DNA of 64,000 bases from contig NW_003314334.1 in assembly GCF_000143415.4 (NCBI RefSeq), forward strand, positions 513,614-577,613, given 5' to 3'. The notes beneath the pieces are model-generated. The model had not been told where the DNA came from and did not search any database. It was given only the letters and a program-made list of their open reading frames with translations. This stretch comes from Selaginella moellendorffii (Eukaryota > Plantae > Lycopodiophyta). Shown piece by piece: positions 60,101-64,000 of the stretch. The first letter of the stretch is position 1. Each line of letters starts with the position of its first letter. A program made the position numbers and the translations under genes.

Positions 60101-63100
60101 AATATCGAGATGGTGATTACCACAGCTATAAGTGGCAAGTTTGTAATGAGTTCATGGTGGGGCATGAGGTAAACATGCAAATTCATGCCTAGTGGATTGA
60201 TTGTTTTGTAGTAAATGATATACTTGATTGCCCCAACTATTCCTATCAATAATCAATTCTCCAAAGCCTGTAACATTCACCAGTCAAACAGATCCTCAAG
60301 TACCAACTCAAGGTCAAAGTCAAGCTTGGTTGTCCATCTCTTGAGTTCTACCCACCAACCTCCATCCTATTCGAACATAAGGTTGATGGAGTCATCAATG
60401 GCTGATATCTAGAGCTTTATTTGCAGAATGTAAAGCAGACACTAGGTTTATATAGTTAATTGTTTCCTTGTGAGTAGCTCCAAGGGCCATAGACTGGACT
60501 CAAGTAGGACAATCAGGTATAACAAATCCCTTGTATGGAAGTCCATATAAATGAAATGGTATTAGAGTTCCTCTACTTGATCCTAAAGATTCCTAGAGTC
60601 ATGACCTTTGCAACACACAAAGTAACTATGGATACCTTGTCTATAAAGAATTGCTACTTTGCACTTTAATTTGTGACAAGAGCATCGGCACCATTTGATT
60701 AGAGTGCAAAGGCCATCACAATATGAGAAGAAAATACCCAAATATTTGTAATTGTCCACTATCTAAAGTGCAATACCACAATAATAGATATCCTATCTTG
60801 CACTTGTCCCAACACTAATTGCATCTTGGTGAGATTAACTTCCATGCTAATGGCATCACAAAATTCACTTAATGCATCAAGTGTGATTTGCATTTGGCAG
60901 ACCATTACTAGGATGTTGCCCTCCAACATTGCATTGCCAAGTTAGAGAAGAATTGCAATGAGTAATACCATCCCATGGAAGAGACAAAAATTAAATGGAT
61001 ATATTGGTTAATAGAAAGCATAATCAGAAATTTAATTAATAAGTTAAACAATTAAACAATTAAACAATTAAAAAATTAATACACATGCAATAAATTGAGT
61101 TTGGATGTTTTTAGTTTGCACTCTTGGGCAAAGCCATACAACAAACTTTATCCAGCTAAATAAATAGGAAAATTTTGAGAGGCAAGATTGGCAAAGTATC
61201 TCTCCCATCTTTCAAAGGCCTTGAGATAATAAGTCTCATGATTTTTCTCACACAATATTCTTTATTTATATTTAAGGGTGGAATTTTTCAAGATATCTAG
61301 GCATGTAACAATATTTAGCATATGCTTTATATTGAATTTTTCACAAAACCCTTCAAGACACCTACATTGGGATGGATTTTTGTTGGGTTCCATAGCTTCA
61401 TAAGTAAAAATATTATTAAATTTTTATTGAGAGTTTTGGTTTCTAGAGCTATGGAGAAACATTTTTTACAAACATACCTATTATTTATTAAAGAAAGAAC
61501 TTGTAAGAACTTTCAAAACTAAATTATATAGCATTTTTAGATAATCATTTTAGCACAAAGATGGATCATTTAGTTTACTTAAACATACATGTTTTATCGG
61601 CAAATTGGACATGATCAATTGGTCTTCGAGTGCATCAAAAGAGATTAGAACAATGGTGATCAATTTTAGCATCTGTAAAAATTAACAAGCATAAATAATG
61701 TGCCACTATATAGCTAAACTTATGCACTTTATTCAAAAGCTAGTGACATCCACTTGGTGCATGGAGAAGCTCATATCACTTTAAACTTTAGAAATTAATA
61801 AAACCTGTACCAATATATTCCATTTGTGTGTTACAACACGTACTTTAAAAGTACTCTATCTATCTATAACATTAATCCATGGAGCTCAAACATTATGAAG
61901 TAAGTAGTATACATTTTACTTCAAGAAATGTCAAATACTTCACCCTTTTGACCACCTTCATTTTTGTCCAATTCACCTTCACCACTTTCTATATCCACTT
62001 CATGTTCAAAATCTCTAGAAACTTTTGTAGAAAATCAGCTTGCCCTTGACCTAAATACAATTGTTTCGTCCAATTTGAGCAAATTTATCAAAATTCTATT
62101 GGCTATATATGTCATAAATGTGATTGTAGGTATTGAAAGTTACTTGCCAACAAGTCCTTTTAGATATTCTTTTATTATTGCTATAACAACAAGAGATTGG
62201 TATTATTAAACACTTTATCAATTTTTATTGTGCTAATGGAGTTAACTATTAGACAAACATAAGGATAGAATTTCTAAATATTATTAATTAAGCATACTTA
62301 GATTAGTTAGGAGTTCCTGTCTTATTGTGTTTTGCATTGTTTAGTGACAAAAACCCTTGTGTATTGAGATTAATCTCTCAATATCACTATATGATAGCTT
62401 ACCATTTCCATCTTGCTGTCATGCTCTATATGTTAATCTTATTTGGTCCTATTGATTATTTATAGAAAGTGTCTAAATCTGCTAGTAAGGCATATCTATA
62501 TAATGTAGAGATTGTCTACATTTATATATGCTCTCACATTTAGATTTAAAATCTAACATCATTCCATATTTAATAAGCTTTCATGATTGTCCTAAAGTCT
62601 AATTCCTAGACCCAAAGTGTGCATTTATATGAGTAAATGGGTTTTAAATGTATAGTAGAGATAGTGGGTAGGTTTAGTATAGCTAACCAATCTAAAACAT
62701 TGTCTACCTCCTTGTTAAGTGTATTTATTTTTGTTTTATATCCAATTTGGGTTTAAACCCACAATCTATACCATGCTAGCTAGTAGAGTACCTATATCCT
62801 CACGTATATTAAATAACATTAAACTTTATTTGGCTCCATTTTATATGTTGGTTTTAACATTGGGATGTTAGATATTCTAAAACTATTCTAATGTCAATTT
62901 GTGTTTTTGTTCCTTAGTTGTATACTCAAAAGTTGCTCTGCACTCTAGTTTTTTTGTTCTTTAGTTACATGCTCGAGAGCTTGGCTCTATCCCTTCGTTT
63001 AGTGGCCTAAGGCACTAAAGCTCAAGTCTTGCTCCATTGCCCTTGGCACATGTACTTAAGGGTTAAGTTCCACTTTGTGGTTATTTTATTGAAAACCACA

Positions 63101-64000
63101 TATACTACAATATGCTTTTATGAACCATATTATATTATTTAGCTATCATTTCTCTCAATTTTATCAAGCTAAAGAGAAGAAAAATTTTGTATAGCCCCTT
63201 TTATTCAAAAAAGAGAAAAGGTGAAAAAATGCTAGCTTCTTTCATTCTCCACTACCATTTTAACCATAATGAACTTTATTTTGTTTATAATAGAGCAAGG
63301 GTCAAATGCACAATTCAACACCCCCTTTTATTAAGGGTGGCCTCTTTACTTATTTGGAGTTGCATTCCTTGTAAATCAACTTAATGACTTAGGATATGTT
63401 TTAGTATATTACTTTCAATTATTTAGTATTTAAAAGTATAAAATATGTACTTTTTATTCTATTTATATAGCTTAATATGACTAAGATAATACTAAAGAGA
63501 ATGAATAAAAGAAAAAATATAAAACACAATAAATAAAAACCTTAGATTATATATTTATAAATTACAACCATGCATCATTGTTGCAAATATGATTGCAAGT
63601 ATCTACCAATGAGTCCTTTCAAATATTCTTTCTTTACTGCTATGATGGTAGGAGGTTAATATTACTAGACCCTTTTTCAATCTCTACTTAAGTTAGTTGA
63701 GAAATTGGTCTTTGTGTGTGCACTTGGTTAGATAAGTATAGAGATGGAATTCTTAAATGCTATTAGTCAAACAAACTTGACATAATTAAAGAAATTCATT
63801 TATTGGTTTGCACTTGTTAATGTTGGGAACCCTTGCAATATTAAATTTAGTCCCTCAATACTTACTAAGTGATAATTTATTATGTCTACCAAGACACTCT
63901 CACTATCATGCTTCATATGTGTTTGTTTCATTTGGTCCTAATGGCTATTTATGAAAAGTGTCTAAATCTGTTAATTTAGTATATTTACAAAATGTAGGGA
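57200..64000. other. AT-rich, CpG-depleted, gene-free region, probably old transposon debris
   Basis: Abrupt composition shift after the VOC gene, no long ORFs, few CG dinucleotides, embedded LINE remnant. Confidence 0.6.
59850..60960 (-). mobile_element. Decayed non-LTR retrotransposon (RTE-like LINE) 3' portion
   Basis: QITLDALSEFCDAISMEVNLTK and VDNYKYLGIFFS (RT C-terminal), then CGNHHLDIEMG and CQVCSFTQVED remnants; many stops and frameshifts. Confidence 0.65.

Noticed and set aside
62995-63080. tRNA-Leu(CAA)-like remnant (TAGTGGCCTAAGGCAC...CTCAAGT)
   Set aside because: Acceptor and T stems do not pair; at best a decayed tRNA-derived repeat.

Overview
Gene-dense eukaryotic (land-plant) nuclear DNA with very short GT-AG introns (mostly 45-70 nt) and very short intergenic spacers. 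This architecture, plus a PLS-class PPR gene, fits the lycophyte Selaginella (inference). In order: a decayed Ty3/gypsy element (integrase, PPT, 175-bp 3' LTR); an intronless LRR receptor-like protein with a nested fold-back region upstream; a PPR pseudogene; a deletion-riddled duplicate of the TPK locus; and a tight cluster of RPT3-like(-), an orphan micro-exon gene(+), TPK(+), SLP1 phosphatase(+), DOHH(-) and GTG/GPR89(+). Next come an F-box gene, a TWD40-1 pseudogene with an internal inverted duplication, three shredded bacterial-type topoisomerase IA copies around an RLP pseudogene, an intron-containing tRNA-Tyr, V-ATPase subunit a and a BRD-type bromodomain gene. Then a PPR/TLDc head-to-head pair, a neprosin-domain gene, two tandem ZIFL transporters, a PLS PPR, a plastid methyltransferase, a PLATZ factor and a VOC protein. 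The window ends in about 7 kb of AT-rich decayed transposon DNA. I see no clear novel multi-gene system. The best leads are the orphan micro-exon gene, the divergent RPT3, the pro-domain-less neprosin, the TOP1A pseudogene array, two hairpin-forming loci and the extreme telo-box bidirectional promoters. All family assignments come from motif recognition by eye, not database searches.
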